Below, in pieces: positions 47,301 through 58,500 of a stretch of DNA of 64,000 nt. The position numbers and the translations under genes were made by a program. Location: IMG/VR virus record IMGVR_UViG_3300030098_004828, positions 1 to 64,000 of that record; one strand, 5' to 3'. Below the pieces are notes generated by a model. It saw only the letters and a program-made list of their open reading frames with translations, did no database searches and was not told the DNA's origin. Position 1 is the stretch's first letter. Each line of letters starts with the position of its first letter.

Positions 47301-49549
47301 TTGAGAATGTTCTACAAAATCTTTGTATGGAAGCTGTAACAGAAGACATATATGGTGATCCATATACTATAACTGAATATGCTTGTCCAGAAGGTTCAGT
47401 ACAAATAGGAGAAACTCAGGAAGGAATTCCTATTTGTGAATGTACACTTACAGCTGATCCTGAATATGTTGATATTATTACACCAATATCTTTAACAAAT
47501 GAAGAATACTTTACTGATATATCATGGACAGCAAGTTATGATCCAAAAGGTAAAGCATGGATATCATTCCACGATTGGCATCCAGAATTAACAGTATCTA
47601 GTTTAAATCATTTTTTAACAACTAAAACAGGAACAACTGAAGAAGTATTTTGTCCCCCTGGAACTGTACTTAATGAATATGGAGAGTGTGAATATTTAGC
47701 ATGTCCTACAGGATATATTAGTTTAGATGATAGTTCTTCTTTAACATGTTGTGCAGAATTTGTTGAACCTCCAGACGTAGAAACTATAGAAGGAAGTAGG
47801 GATGAAATTACCGCATTGGGTGTTATAAATCCCACCTTCTTAATGAGTATGGAAGATTGGAATAATATTGCCACTGATAATCCTTCGTATCCTGGAACGC
47901 CTAATTGTTATGGTTCAGGTGCCCAATTACAAGCTACTGGAAATCCTGGAATGCATATACATACTCCATTACCATGGACAAGATGTCCATTTGTTACTGA
48001 CCCTTCTGATATGAATGGTACAGGTCTTTCTATAGGGGATCTTACAGTTGATCCAACAACCAATCAGCCTGCTCTTTCACCTGATACACTTCCTACAAAC
48101 CTGTACAATTTTCCAGGGGTTCCTTGTAATCCATCAGACCCCTTTGGATTTGGGTGGATGAATGGTGTTACTTTTCCAGGTTCAAGTGGACCTACTATGA
48201 TGGGTTTTGTTCACGGTATTCAATCTGATATGAATTGGCAAGAAGGTATTTCACAACAAATGAGTGGATCTATGATGCCAAATATGCCTTATCAAGGAAC
48301 TATTGATCTTAGGAATGTTCCACCTGGTCAAGGTATGGATAGTACAGCTCGGTTATTAATTTTTGGTGGATTTAGTCAATGTTGTTATGATGAGTTATTA
48401 TGGGCATCTCCATTTATTAGTGATCAAAGTTGGACTACTTATACTATAAACTTTACTCCGCTTGCTGCATATGATCATATTCATTTTAAAGTAGAGAGTC
48501 AATATTTTAATGCACAAACTGGAGGAGTTAATTATTTACCATGGCAAGGTAATCCTAATTTTGAAATGGTTACAAGTAATCATATGAATGTTGGATTTGC
48601 CGATCCAGGGGATTTTATGAGCCAAGCTTATTTATTAGTAGATAATTTTACAGGAGTTGATCTAACTGTAGAAATCCCTGATGTAACAACATGTAATTGT
48701 CCAGATATAAATGGTATGCCATCTACAATGGTTTTAAATGATGGTTTATTTCAAACTCCTGCTGATCCTCAACAATGTATAGATGCTTGGGAAGAGGATG
48801 GAACTTACGCAGTAATGTGTGTAGTAACAGATTGTGTAGATCCAATTACAATTACTACAGAACCTTCTAATCAAGTAGGTGGAATATGGAGACATAATGA
48901 TCGTTGTGATTTATTTGCTAATTATTATGCAAAACAATATCCTTGGGAAGTTGAACTTGTAGAATCTGTAGGTCAAACAATTGATGTATTAAGAAGTGTT
49001 GAATATCAATTAGAATCCTATGTATATATACAAAATACAGATCTTGATACAGGAGAAATATTAAATCTTAGTTGTGAAGATAGATGGCATGATTTGGAAT
49101 ATAATTTTAATGAGGCTATTATTTATAATACAGAACAAATTTCAGGATTATTAAAAATGGAATTAACTCCAGCTGAAATGAATAATGTTCCATTAATTAC
49201 AGAATATCCAATAGTTAATGCTGCTGATATAGAAATATTATATAGTAAAGTAGAACAGAAATATAGATTTAATCAATTCTGGGATATAACTGCAGATAGA
49301 ACAGCTATAGTATCACAGTTTATTACACAATTAAATGGTTATATTAAAGAACTTAATGAAGATAATTTAAATTATAATAAACCACAATTACAACGTAAAA
49401 GGTTTAGACATTATTGGAATAGAGTTATATTAAGAAGACAACCTGTTGTTAGTTATTATGATGATGAAGGGGAACCAGTATATGTTCCAGAGGATAGAAA
49501 AATGTTACTTAAAATAGTTAATACTAAATTAAATCAATCAGTTAGATAA
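41363..49549 (+). CDS. Tail stabilisation/muzzle protein with vWA and jelly-roll insertions
   Basis: KGMHKD..P, FMRDEQYAF, PIRHHKMP, WISFHDWHP motifs typical of crAss-like tail stabilisation proteins; MIDAS DASSS at 46292. Confidence 0.75.
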   Translation: MAKKQQQQNTPLQNTSNVDTDLFNKGMHKDPNPSFQGRDGFYSHARNAINNSKEGDVNVLGNEPANYLCAEIPYTIIGFIHLTGDNWIVFSTDNSNSVIGRFDDSKCHYEQIVNDPCLSFNTSHLVTGASKEMFDCSWQVYWDDGLNPSRTLNLDDIPYVQIQTTGPLIDGTPCVTYIDAQPLQLDCERLRLHPLMQTPCVTLTKSDTGGLLGNGTYQAFVCYTMNGEKIGDYLGVSNVQSLWDHADTTGALDITITNLDTQFDFFKLVIMSNIKGNIVAKEIGEYSTQQSFISISVISHELISIPTSDIIRRSITFERSDNMYVVNDYLIRSGPTTNFDFNYQPLANQIQTHWVSTAYPADYYNNGGNKTSFMRDEQYAFFIRFIYNTGEKSHSYHIPGRPNGGYAINPINDNTLTGFDAINDINTDNVAWRIRNTAVDASGTLGGIGVILPDGGRVIGKGYMGYWESTELYPSTDPAGRWNSNTGDPNYNLCGTPIRHHKMPDEQTSAVCHLNGQSGTNLEIHLLGVEFVNIQAPVDNDGNFIQNIVGYEILVGSRQGNKSIIAKGLMRNMRRYTLPQADDSRSAAGSVVTAGSAFAEGAPIIHSGVNSGLMPNYPFNDCDRNDPFLRDTQGSGNLYQGGLMTPSIFSADWSGGDTYPLGFTFHSPDTMFKKIYLNPSEVYSYGMRQGQSIGKFKKSERHPGHKLLRDISAFVAALIGTGYAIEQSRGKKTKKVTGAKAMSIGKSGGPWSDNTSGGTFTTNAYTITGGGYTISVAPPALVPTGPITVGAGGGVTTNDNTTDSEVPTANVNPVTGQPYSTGDAPSQDGTVVGNASAGQGIAEQNLVAYENSAGVPLNSGTPWVAGSDTGTPPAPTDPLFADLVSTTIPTTGPGMQNTVDNSENSYALNHGLQSISTTSISTPNQQELRYFRSVRQMHVDALRDTSSYIGPGEEITHEGSRYKSLPGLGQILLKMYQTMNMIALGGQEIIDLIYNLASYQDYAWKYNAHGFYNNVLSPYNNNSQVHRQNVQKARYLSNTIQNITSGIRVNNLHRPKTVAVLTNPITLPVEATVFSIPTSNQDNSRVNLGALTGNPTAYFVRDICAHYVGLKVDFRNQYGQLDGIKQIPAENCTQLFLDNNPMGTTPDVNSVFTSDIIFGGEMYINRYTEKVIMPFFYDYLAEDQPDGTPFDYRLRQNIPSPEYWAFFANYDLSGLVSPVTDLTFNWTGVGGTVPGLPSQFHNLDFPGDDMSTFGGILSALVGNGRGLFVLKEGAVYLHNSGINDFFVESEINVAQRDWKENRGERHYDWLEYTDFDELFHVDSIKDGNFYMYDESLTKAKLSTQLVSWGTIQDLIYDPLIAETCYDYYPKRLIYSLQAQKESKEDFWRIFLPFNYKDFKNPAVVMKPISKNGAMVFYPNLSPTVFQGVDQLTTDMESKITIGDGGLFSQPFQNVVNSDLPHEYGSCESARSVINTPSGLFYISQEQGKIFHYAGQLINIADAGLKHWFNEYLPSRLLNAFPEIENYPEFYDNPVTGIGCQSVYDPKYDLVYFCKKDYEPVPDPDSCIQFDTESGGFIINETECYGTDQDILCPIGYTLEDGVCVLTTECAPDSWDRTMPGEFIETVTRWVPADRCEMDVVFVIDASSSVINNCNTDRAKLMLDSFLNGMQAGMDAGDIQVGMITFNFAANTLPQIGNMDTTNCPDCLSDVLSWNWATAPVQQPDCYGAETMSDYADAKVQCCFTWPLQQTTSVDNVQSFIDNYYCSMGEGDIWNDPAPCNICANLKCTNVIDATWHGMEMLYDPNFARQGVPKKLIVIKDGFHNISPFYPLNTFMTAEGWPNSAYGNLSGGYNEPLWTNHINNTGSSASPATPDYTWDNGTGGNVNYPDYLIEPGTYAVSTTPFAATDQWTAWLNTNIIQNAQYLDPTVGVLEMINLMLYNGVYNATADQYNANTNTNPGLALGNYYSDFTSSTAINDMVENVLQNLCMEAVTEDIYGDPYTITEYACPEGSVQIGETQEGIPICECTLTADPEYVDIITPISLTNEEYFTDISWTASYDPKGKAWISFHDWHPELTVSSLNHFLTTKTGTTEEVFCPPGTVLNEYGECEYLACPTGYISLDDSSSLTCCAEFVEPPDVETIEGSRDEITALGVINPTFLMSMEDWNNIATDNPSYPGTPNCYGSGAQLQATGNPGMHIHTPLPWTRCPFVTDPSDMNGTGLSIGDLTVDPTTNQPALSPDTLPTNLYNFPGVPCNPSDPFGFGWMNGVTFPGSSGPTMMGFVHGIQSDMNWQEGISQQMSGSMMPNMPYQGTIDLRNVPPGQGMDSTARLLIFGGFSQCCYDELLWASPFISDQSWTTYTINFTPLAAYDHIHFKVESQYFNAQTGGVNYLPWQGNPNFEMVTSNHMNVGFADPGDFMSQAYLLVDNFTGVDLTVEIPDVTTCNCPDINGMPSTMVLNDGLFQTPADPQQCIDAWEEDGTYAVMCVVTDCVDPITITTEPSNQVGGIWRHNDRCDLFANYYAKQYPWEVELVESVGQTIDVLRSVEYQLESYVYIQNTDLDTGEILNLSCEDRWHDLEYNFNEAIIYNTEQISGLLKMELTPAEMNNVPLITEYPIVNAADIEILYSKVEQKYRFNQFWDITADRTAIVSQFITQLNGYIKELNEDNLNYNKPQLQRKRFRHYWNRVILRRQPVVSYYDDEGEPVYVPEDRKMLLKIVNTKLNQSVR

Positions 49550-52500
49550 TGAAGTATAGTAAAGACGGATATAAAAGAAATAGTAAGGATAAAAATAATC
49601 CTTATAATATAATACCCTCTGGTAATATTACTATGGAGGGTGTTGACTTTCCTGTATATGGTGTTGATAATTTAGGTAATAGTCAAGTTATGATGCCAGG
49701 TGCTAACTATACATTTCCAGGCAATGAAGTATTTGAAGTCCCTTTAGTACAATTGCAAAAAGGTGGTGAACCCCCATATAAAACTACAGACAATGAAGGT
49801 AATGATTGGGTAATTATTGGAGATCATAAAATATCTGCTGATCATGTAGAGTTATTAGAGGATGGCACTTTGTCTTGGCATGATGTATCAGTATTAAATC
49901 AACTTATAAAAACAGATCCAAATTATAGTATAGATAATAATGGAAATTTTAAATATAAAGGTGAACAAGGAGAAATGTCATTTAAAACACATTTCAGTAG
50001 AAAGTCTAATCCTTTTGTACAATTTTGGGAAAGAAGAAATGTAGATCTTCCAAGAACTTTTATGGATGTAGAAGGTAAGACTATGGAAGAAAAATTTGAA
50101 AATATAGCTCAATTATATGTTGATATGTTTCATCAAATGAAAACAAAAGAATGGGAAGTAGGAGAAGAAGAAGGAGTAAATTGGGATCAAGGAACTGTAA
50201 GTAGTAAAAATGATTTATCTAACTTGACAGATCGTGGTTATCATTTTATGGATGATGAAATAGTAAGTACAGGAGTTGTAGGAAAATTTGATGATTTTTT
50301 TAGAGGTAATTTTAATATCTCAGTAACAGGAGGATTAAAACAAAATGATTTAAAAGAGGCAGTTAAAAAGTTTTTAAGAGATGAATATTTTAAACAAGAC
50401 AAAGAAGAAAGAACAAATTTAGAGTATGAAATACAATATCCATATATAAATGATTTAACAATTACTAAATTAACTGATGTAGAAAAAAGTGGAGAAGCTA
50501 TTAAAGAACATTTTGAAAATGTAAAAGGTAATAAATATCTTGAGCATGAATTAGAAGATTATATAGATGAAGTAAAAAGAACACAAGTTATAACAGGATT
50601 TAAAGCAGTTCATTGGGGACCTGGAAATTCAGAATTAAAATGGGATTCAGGATGGGTTGGTCCTATTGGTACAAATAATACAGATGAAGAAAGCAATAAA
50701 AAAGAAGTTCTTGAATGGTTTGATAATTTAGAACCTAATGAAAAAGAAAACATTGTTGGAGCAATGCCTAATATTAATTTTAATGAAGATTATGATAAAG
50801 ATGATTTCTATAGAGAACTGATATATACACTTCAATTTAATGATCCAGCTGTTTCATCTAGTAGGAATTCTTGGAGAGATAAATTTCCGGCACATCTTTT
50901 ACCACCAGGTTTATCAAATTTACATGATTGGAGTGAAGTAGTAAATGCCAATGAGAATATAGATTGGTTACCAGGTAGTGATATGAGTCATGGATCTAAA
51001 AATCCATATGATGTAAATAGAGGTTATTTGACTGATGATTTTAAACAGACTTTACGTACTGATGAAATGGCAGATACAATTTTTCCGGGACATGGAATTA
51101 GTAATCACTATATGGAGGATACTAGTACTCCAGGATTTGATAATACAATTAAAGGTCATACTATAAATTGGGGAGAAATTGAAAGAGGAAATACAGGTGG
51201 TTGGGGAAGTGTAAGATTAGGTACAAACATATGGCCAAAAAAAGAAGAAAATCCTGAAGTTTGGGGACAGACCCATGATTACTTTAAACAAAACTATCCT
51301 TTTAGATATACACAATTTAAACTTAAATACGGAGATCCTTTAAAAGGAGATAGTAGTGAATGGGAAAAAGCAGTTGAAGATTTTTTAATTGATAAAGAAG
51401 GAGGATATAATAGCCCATGGTTTAATAGAGTTGATGAAGTAACTACAGGAGGACACTATAGTCAAGAAGGGTCTAAAGGAGTTTGTGCAGAAGGATATAT
51501 ACAACAATGGGATGCTTACGGAAATAGATGGATTTGTGTTGAACAAAAAGTTTTTAAAAATGAATCATCTGGATTTGCACAAGATAAACCTATAACATTA
51601 GAAACTAAAAATATAGATTTACTACCTACTTTTATACCAGAATTACCAGCATTTACTAAACAAAATGTTAATGTTTCAGAAACAAATGAAGAAACTAATT
51701 ATCCTAAATATTTAAAATTTAATGATAATTGGGAAAAACAATTAAAACGGTTAGGTATTTGGGATGAAAGAATACAAAAGAAAGTTAATAGACTTAATAC
51801 ACATCCTAGTGCAAGATTTAAAAATGTAGATCATAGTGATTTAAAAACTGAATCAAGTAGTAATGTTTTTGGTATTAAAGATTGGAATACTGGACGTTTA
51901 TTACAAGATGGAGATATAAGTTCTGGTAGTCTTTATTGGACTGAAGGTTTAGGTGATAGATGGTATGAAAGATATTTAAGAAAATTAAATAAAGAAGAAA
52001 ATAGAAAAAATAAATGGAGAAGACAGTCTTCAGGTGTTACAACTTATAAAGATGATTTTAAAGGTTGGGATACATTCACTATGGATTTATATAATAAAGG
52101 AAATCAAACATTTTTTCATCCAGGAGAATTAACAGAAGAAGATTATATCAAATACCTTCAAAGTCATGGAGTAAATGATTTGATAATTAATAAAATATTA
52201 AATCATACAGAAACTTTTAGTGATTCTGAAATTCAAAAAATAATAGATCAAGATCCCGTTATTATGGAAAAATTAAATACATCTGGTGAGCCTGGAGATA
52301 GAGAGGTACCAAAAACTTTACAAGATTATAGAGATAGATTTGGAGTTGAAAATTATAAATATGGAGGCTTTTTACGTAAAGGACAAGATGGGACTAATAC
52401 TGATGATGATGTTGTATTAGATACTGTAGATTTAACTGGTGACAAGGTAGAACAAACATATTATCCTGATTATGACTTTTATGATATATCAGGAGAAAAA

Positions 52501-55500
52501 CAAAAGTTAATAGAAAAATTACAAACGGATGCTTTTAAAGATAGGTATTATAAACATTATGAAAATCTTACTGGCAAACAAATGACTGATGAAGAATACA
52601 ATCAAAGACTTGCAGATCAAATAGCTTTTATACAAGGAGGTTCAGATCAAGCAACACCTATAATGTATACTAGAAATGAAGAAGGTAATATAGATGTTTT
52701 TGAAGAAGGGAAAGGTGGAAAAACTATATATGGACATATGAGTCCTACTTTTTTAAAAGACTATTTTAATACAAGTAGAGGTCATGTACAATATTTATTT
52801 GAAAGAGATGAAAATAATAATATAATAGAAGATGAAAATGGTAATCCAATTATAACTGGTTGGGAAATGTCATTACCAGGAGCAAAAGAATATGAGGCTA
52901 TGGAATGGATGACTGGTCCAGATGGATATTCACAATTTTCTGGTCCTGATGGTGTACATCCTCTTGCTCATTCAACTATGCAACATGAAATTTCTCATTT
53001 ATATAATGCTCCAAATTCACCCTTATGGAGAGGAATAGATGAATATAATGATAGTAATCCTCTTACTGGTGAAATATTTGGTGATCATCAACCATGGTAT
53101 GCTGATGATCATACAAGAGCTATAGAAGAAATTGGTGCAGGTAGAACTATGTTTGAACAAGCTTTAAAAGATTATGGAATATGGGATTCTAATAAAGGAG
53201 AATTTAAAGATAGACATTTAAAAAAATTAGAAAGAGCTATAGCAAAAAATGATGACTTTATAAGAGATCCTCGTGTTGGTAATTATCTTTTTATAAATGC
53301 TAATACAGATCAAGGTATTACAACCCAAAGAACAGAAGTAAATGAATATTTAGAATCATTAGGTTTAGCAAATCCAACTGATTGGTATTTATCTGATTAT
53401 GGAACTGGAATTACTAATCAAATAAGTCCAAGACTAATGCAGTCTGATTTAACTAATAGTTTAAATATAATTAATAGATATGAATCAAAGTATCCTAGTA
53501 TACCTTCAAGAGAAGAAAAAAGAAAAAGGGATTATGATGGAAGTTGGTGGAGAAATGTAAAAAGAATGGAAAAAGAAGATCATAAAATGATGAAAAATTT
53601 TATGTCTGATAAGTTTGATATAACAGAAATACAAGATCCTAATTATGATATTATATATGATTTAAAAGGATCATTTATTGATGAGTATATGCAAAGGGGT
53701 AATATAGAAAAATTAGGAGTTTATGAAGGAAAAGTAGATGGATTAGCAGAATATTTTACAACTGGTGATACATTTGATTATAATCATCCAGGCTTTAAAG
53801 AAATGCCAGATGAGTTTAGAAAAAAATATGAAGTAAAATTTAATGAATTATTATCAGAAGATAATAGAAATAATTTAATTGATATACTTAATAGAACTTC
53901 AAAAGGGTGGAATTATCAACAAGGTAATTTATGGGATGACGAAAAAGAAGTAAGGATACCCTATACTGCACAACAACTTACAGACGAAGATATAATTTTT
54001 TATAAAGATTTTGAAAAGCAATATCAACAATTGTCTAATCAAATTCAACAAGAAATATATGAATATCATAAACATAAAATAGATCAAGGAGGTAAAAATG
54101 TTAAAAAGTATCTTAACGAATGGGCAATGGATAATGACGTTGATGAAACAGTTACAGCAAAAGATGGAAAAGAAATTAATAATTTAAGTCAAAGAATTGC
54201 TAATAATTTAAAATATAATGAACAAAATGATTTTGATTATTTTGGTATTATTAATACTGACAATAAATTAGCTAAAGCAGATGCTGGAAAAGAAATATCA
54301 AATATAATTACAGGTCTTGCAGAGTTTAAAAATGGAGGTGATATAGGAAAAAGTTTTTTAAATTTTGGTAATAAGTTTGGAGAAGAGAATGTACATATCT
54401 TAATGAATCATTTAAAACATAATAATAAAACTAAAAATTTAAAAAAATTACAAGATGGTGGTGATTATATGAAGTTTATTACAGATATGATGAACAACCC
54501 AAATGCTTTCAAAGAAAGATTAAAAAATATAACACCAATTGGATATGATGTTAAACACGCTTTTAATGAAGTAGTTGCCAACAAAAAACTTCCTACATAT
54601 TGGGATGGTAAGCCTCAAACTTGGGAAACATGGGGTGAAAATTTAACATTTATAAATGAGGATGGCGAAGAAGTTTCTGCATATACAAAAGAAAATTTAG
54701 AACTAATAAAGAATACTTCTACAGATGCTTGGCATCTTTATTTAGGATACAAACCAGAAAATAAAACAATGTCTAAATCAGTTTTTAAACCTACTGTAGA
54801 TGTTGATAATCCAAATGCAACATATTATTCTTTTAATAATCCTTTAGATATATGGGGTGACATCAAACATTCTGGTATATTAGACTATGGTGAAGAAGAT
54901 TTTAAAAATTTTTGGGAAGAATCTAATAAAAATAAAAGAGTACCTAAAGGTTATTATAATACTGCAAAATTTGAAAATAAAAGTAAAGGAGAAAAAGAAG
55001 AATTAAATCAGTATATTCAAGTATTAGATTCTTCTGCAGGAGGTTTTGCACTTAAAGATTATCAACTATCTAAAGGTTATGATGAAGAAATTGGATTACC
55101 TTATATAGCTTATTATGATATTTTTGATTTTGATATACCTTTAGCAGGAAGATCAATTAAAGGGAGCAAAGTAGCAGGCAATCCTTATGAAATTTATGGA
55201 AGATTATATTATGATGCAAACTATACTGATGAAGATGGAGATCCTTTTTTAATACCACAAGAATTTATAGGAAGCTATAATATAGACTTTAATGATTTTG
55301 AAAAAGGAATTAGATGGGCTGAAAGTAAAAACGGTATTCTTATGGAAAATCCAAATTCATCTGCAACAGGATTATATCAACAGTTATATGATCAAATTAA
55401 AGAAGAGTATGGAGGCACTAGAGAACAATTTAAAAATGATCTTGCAGCACAAGAGTTTTTCTTTAAGAGAAGGCAAGATGGTGACTTAAGAAAATGTTGT

Positions 55501-58500
55501 GGTGTTAATTCTGATATGAAAGATGGTATGGATTTGTGGCATGAGTTTTTTAATATCTTTCAAGAACATGGAAAAGGTATGCCACTAACTCCTATAGAGG
55601 TAGCATCTTTAGTTTATTTCCAAGGTAAAAGTGGTGCAAGACGTTATATTAAAGGTTCACTATTAGAAGAGTTACCTTTAAGTGATGTAATACCAGAAAA
55701 CATTTCTGCTATTAATAAAAATCCTACAGAATATTTAGAAGAAACTCAGTCAGGTATTAGAAAATATAAAACAGGAGGTGAAACTGGAAAAACAGAAAGA
55801 GAAAATATATATGAAGCTTTACAAAAATACGAATCTAATCAACAGGTTGATAAATCTATGTATGAAAAATTATTAAGATTAGGTCTTGTAGGTAAAACAA
55901 ATAAAGAAAAAGAAGAGGAAAAAATACAAAAACAAAAATTAAAACAAGATCAAAAAAAGAAAGAAGAAAAAGAAAAATTAAGTTTAACTAGTCTTTGGAA
56001 AGAATTTATACTTGGGGGTAAGGAAGATAAAAAGAATAAAAAAAAGAAAAGAGAAGATATAGGATATTCACCTATTAAGATAGAAATGGATGTAACAACA
56101 GATTTGGCTAATAAAATTCAAAATGAAGAATATTTAAAAGCTGCTAAAACATTTAATCAATCATTACAAGATAATAAAAGTCAAATAATGAAAGCCACTA
56201 ATATTGATGATGCAAATTATAATCATATAATAACATTAGCTCAAGATATGTTTGGTGAACAGCAAAATAATTCTGGTATGTATAATATTACATATGAAGG
56301 ATTATCTTCTGATGAAAAAGGAATATTAAAAAGTTTAGGTGTTATTTCAAATGAAGATTTTTCTAATCCATATAAAGCAGGTATAGCTTATGCAACAGTA
56401 CTGGCACTTAAATCTAAACTTAAACTTTCTATGGGAGGAAGCTTGCCTATGCCTTCTTCTTATTCTAAGCTATCAAAATTATATTCTGCAGATCTTGGAA
56501 CTGAAATAACTGATATAAATGATAAGATAAGACTTTATGATGAATATGTAAATGGTAAATTTGATGATCATACTAATAAAGATAGTATGGAAAAATTATA
56601 TGATAAATTTAATAGACAATATTATTATTCAGCAAAAGATTCTGATATGCCTATATATGATTTTATGAAGAAAACTTCTGATGAATTAGTTAAAGCACAG
56701 GATGGTAAAAATGATATAGATAAAGTAACAGGTAAAACTAAAAGAGAAATAAAAAGTCAATTGAAAGATGAAGGGTGGAATAGGAGGCAAAGGCGACAAA
56801 TAATAAATAATACAGATGCTGAGGATTTATATGAAAGAGATGTAGATGGTAATGTCAAATTAGTTGATTATTATAGTAGAGATTATAGAAATGCATATTA
56901 TGCAAGAAATGAGGATGGAGATCTTGGTTATAGTGGTGCTATAGCTACATGGGATGACACTCTGAAGGATGGAAAAGGTGATTGGATGCGTTGGTTACCA
57001 ACAGTTAATCTTTATGCAAATTCTCCGGAAACAGATTGGATAGAAAACAAAAAAAATAATCAAAGTTGGTTTGCTAAATTTATAGGTAGAGATCCAGGTA
57101 AAGATTGGATGGGTATAGAGTGGGAAAGATCTATGCAAAATCCTTATTATAATAAACGGATGTATGAGACCAATCCAGTTGCAAAAGCTGTGATGGATGC
57201 AACAGGTAATCAACCTGGAAGTGCTCCTTTTGGATATGATAGTTGGATGGGTCTTATGGGTGATACTCCATATACATTATTAGGAATACCAGCAGCTTCA
57301 ACAATAGGTGCATACGGACCAACAGTAGGTGCTCCTATACTTAATACTGCTGATGATTTTGCAATGTGGTTAAACAGAGGTCCTGTTGGACAAAATATTT
57401 CAAGATTGTGGAATTATAATCCTAGTAAAATTTCAGGAACTAGTGGGCTACTTGGAGGTCCACAATATAAAATTCCAGGATTAACTTTAGGAAATACTAT
57501 TAATTCAGGTTTTGCTGCTCACGGTGTTACTAATATAGGACCTAATATATATGATTTCTCACAAGATCCATCATGGGGTGGTGCAGGTAATGTTGGAATA
57601 AATCTTCTAGAAATGTCACCTTTATACGGACCTACATGGAATTATCTTAAATCAGGAACTAGTTATCTTGGCAGTAAAATGCCAAATTTTAGAGGAACAC
57701 CAGTTGGTGGTACAACTGCATCAAATAGACCTGCGCGAGTTGTAAGTCCTGAAGCAAATGTAGAATATCAAAAACATTTACAATATTTAAAAGATAATAA
57801 TGTTGTACAATCACCTTATTTACAAGATGCAATAGATGGATCTAGTTCAGTATTTTTAAAACAAGGGGATAGAGTTGGGTATTTAACTATTTCAAAATTA
57901 GATGATGGAACTTATGTTTATAAAAATCATGCTTCTGCTACTGCAGGTAAACCACAAATAGATCCTAAAATATTACAACAAGCTGAAGATATAGAACTTA
58001 AAATTAATGAATTAAGAAAAATTAGAGAAATTGTAAATAAAAATTATTTTGGAGTAGATGATGCTGTTTCAATGAAAGAAAAAGTAAACTTAAAAAATCA
58101 AGCTAGTAAACTTTCTTTTGAAACAACTGGATATAAAAGTGTTGATGAAGTTGATAATGCTATAAATAGTCTTATTAATGAACATAGAGCTCTTAATGTA
58201 AACTATACCGGATCTACCATAAAAGGAGCATCTGCAAACGAACCTTTGCATAGTATTCAATTAATAGATGATGTAGATTTAAATAAAATGAATGTAGAAT
58301 TAAATAGAGTTATTAATAGTATGAACTCAGAACATAACATTCAAAAAACAATGGTTAATACAGGCATGAATAGAGATCAAGTTATAAAGATGCATAATGA
58401 ATGGTTAGATGAACTAATAGGTTCTAAAACATATATAGGAGATTTTACGCATAGTAGTCCTTATTATAATTATTCTGCTATGTATTCTAGAAATATTGCT

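Noticed and set aside
33669-49549. Diversity-generating retroelement targeting tail adhesins
   Set aside because: No reverse transcriptase and no template/variable repeat pair noticed by eye in this window.
55110-55145. YYDIFDFDIP as a virion RNA polymerase catalytic loop
   Set aside because: The crAss-type motif is DFDID; the third Asp is missing and no other polymerase motifs were recognised.
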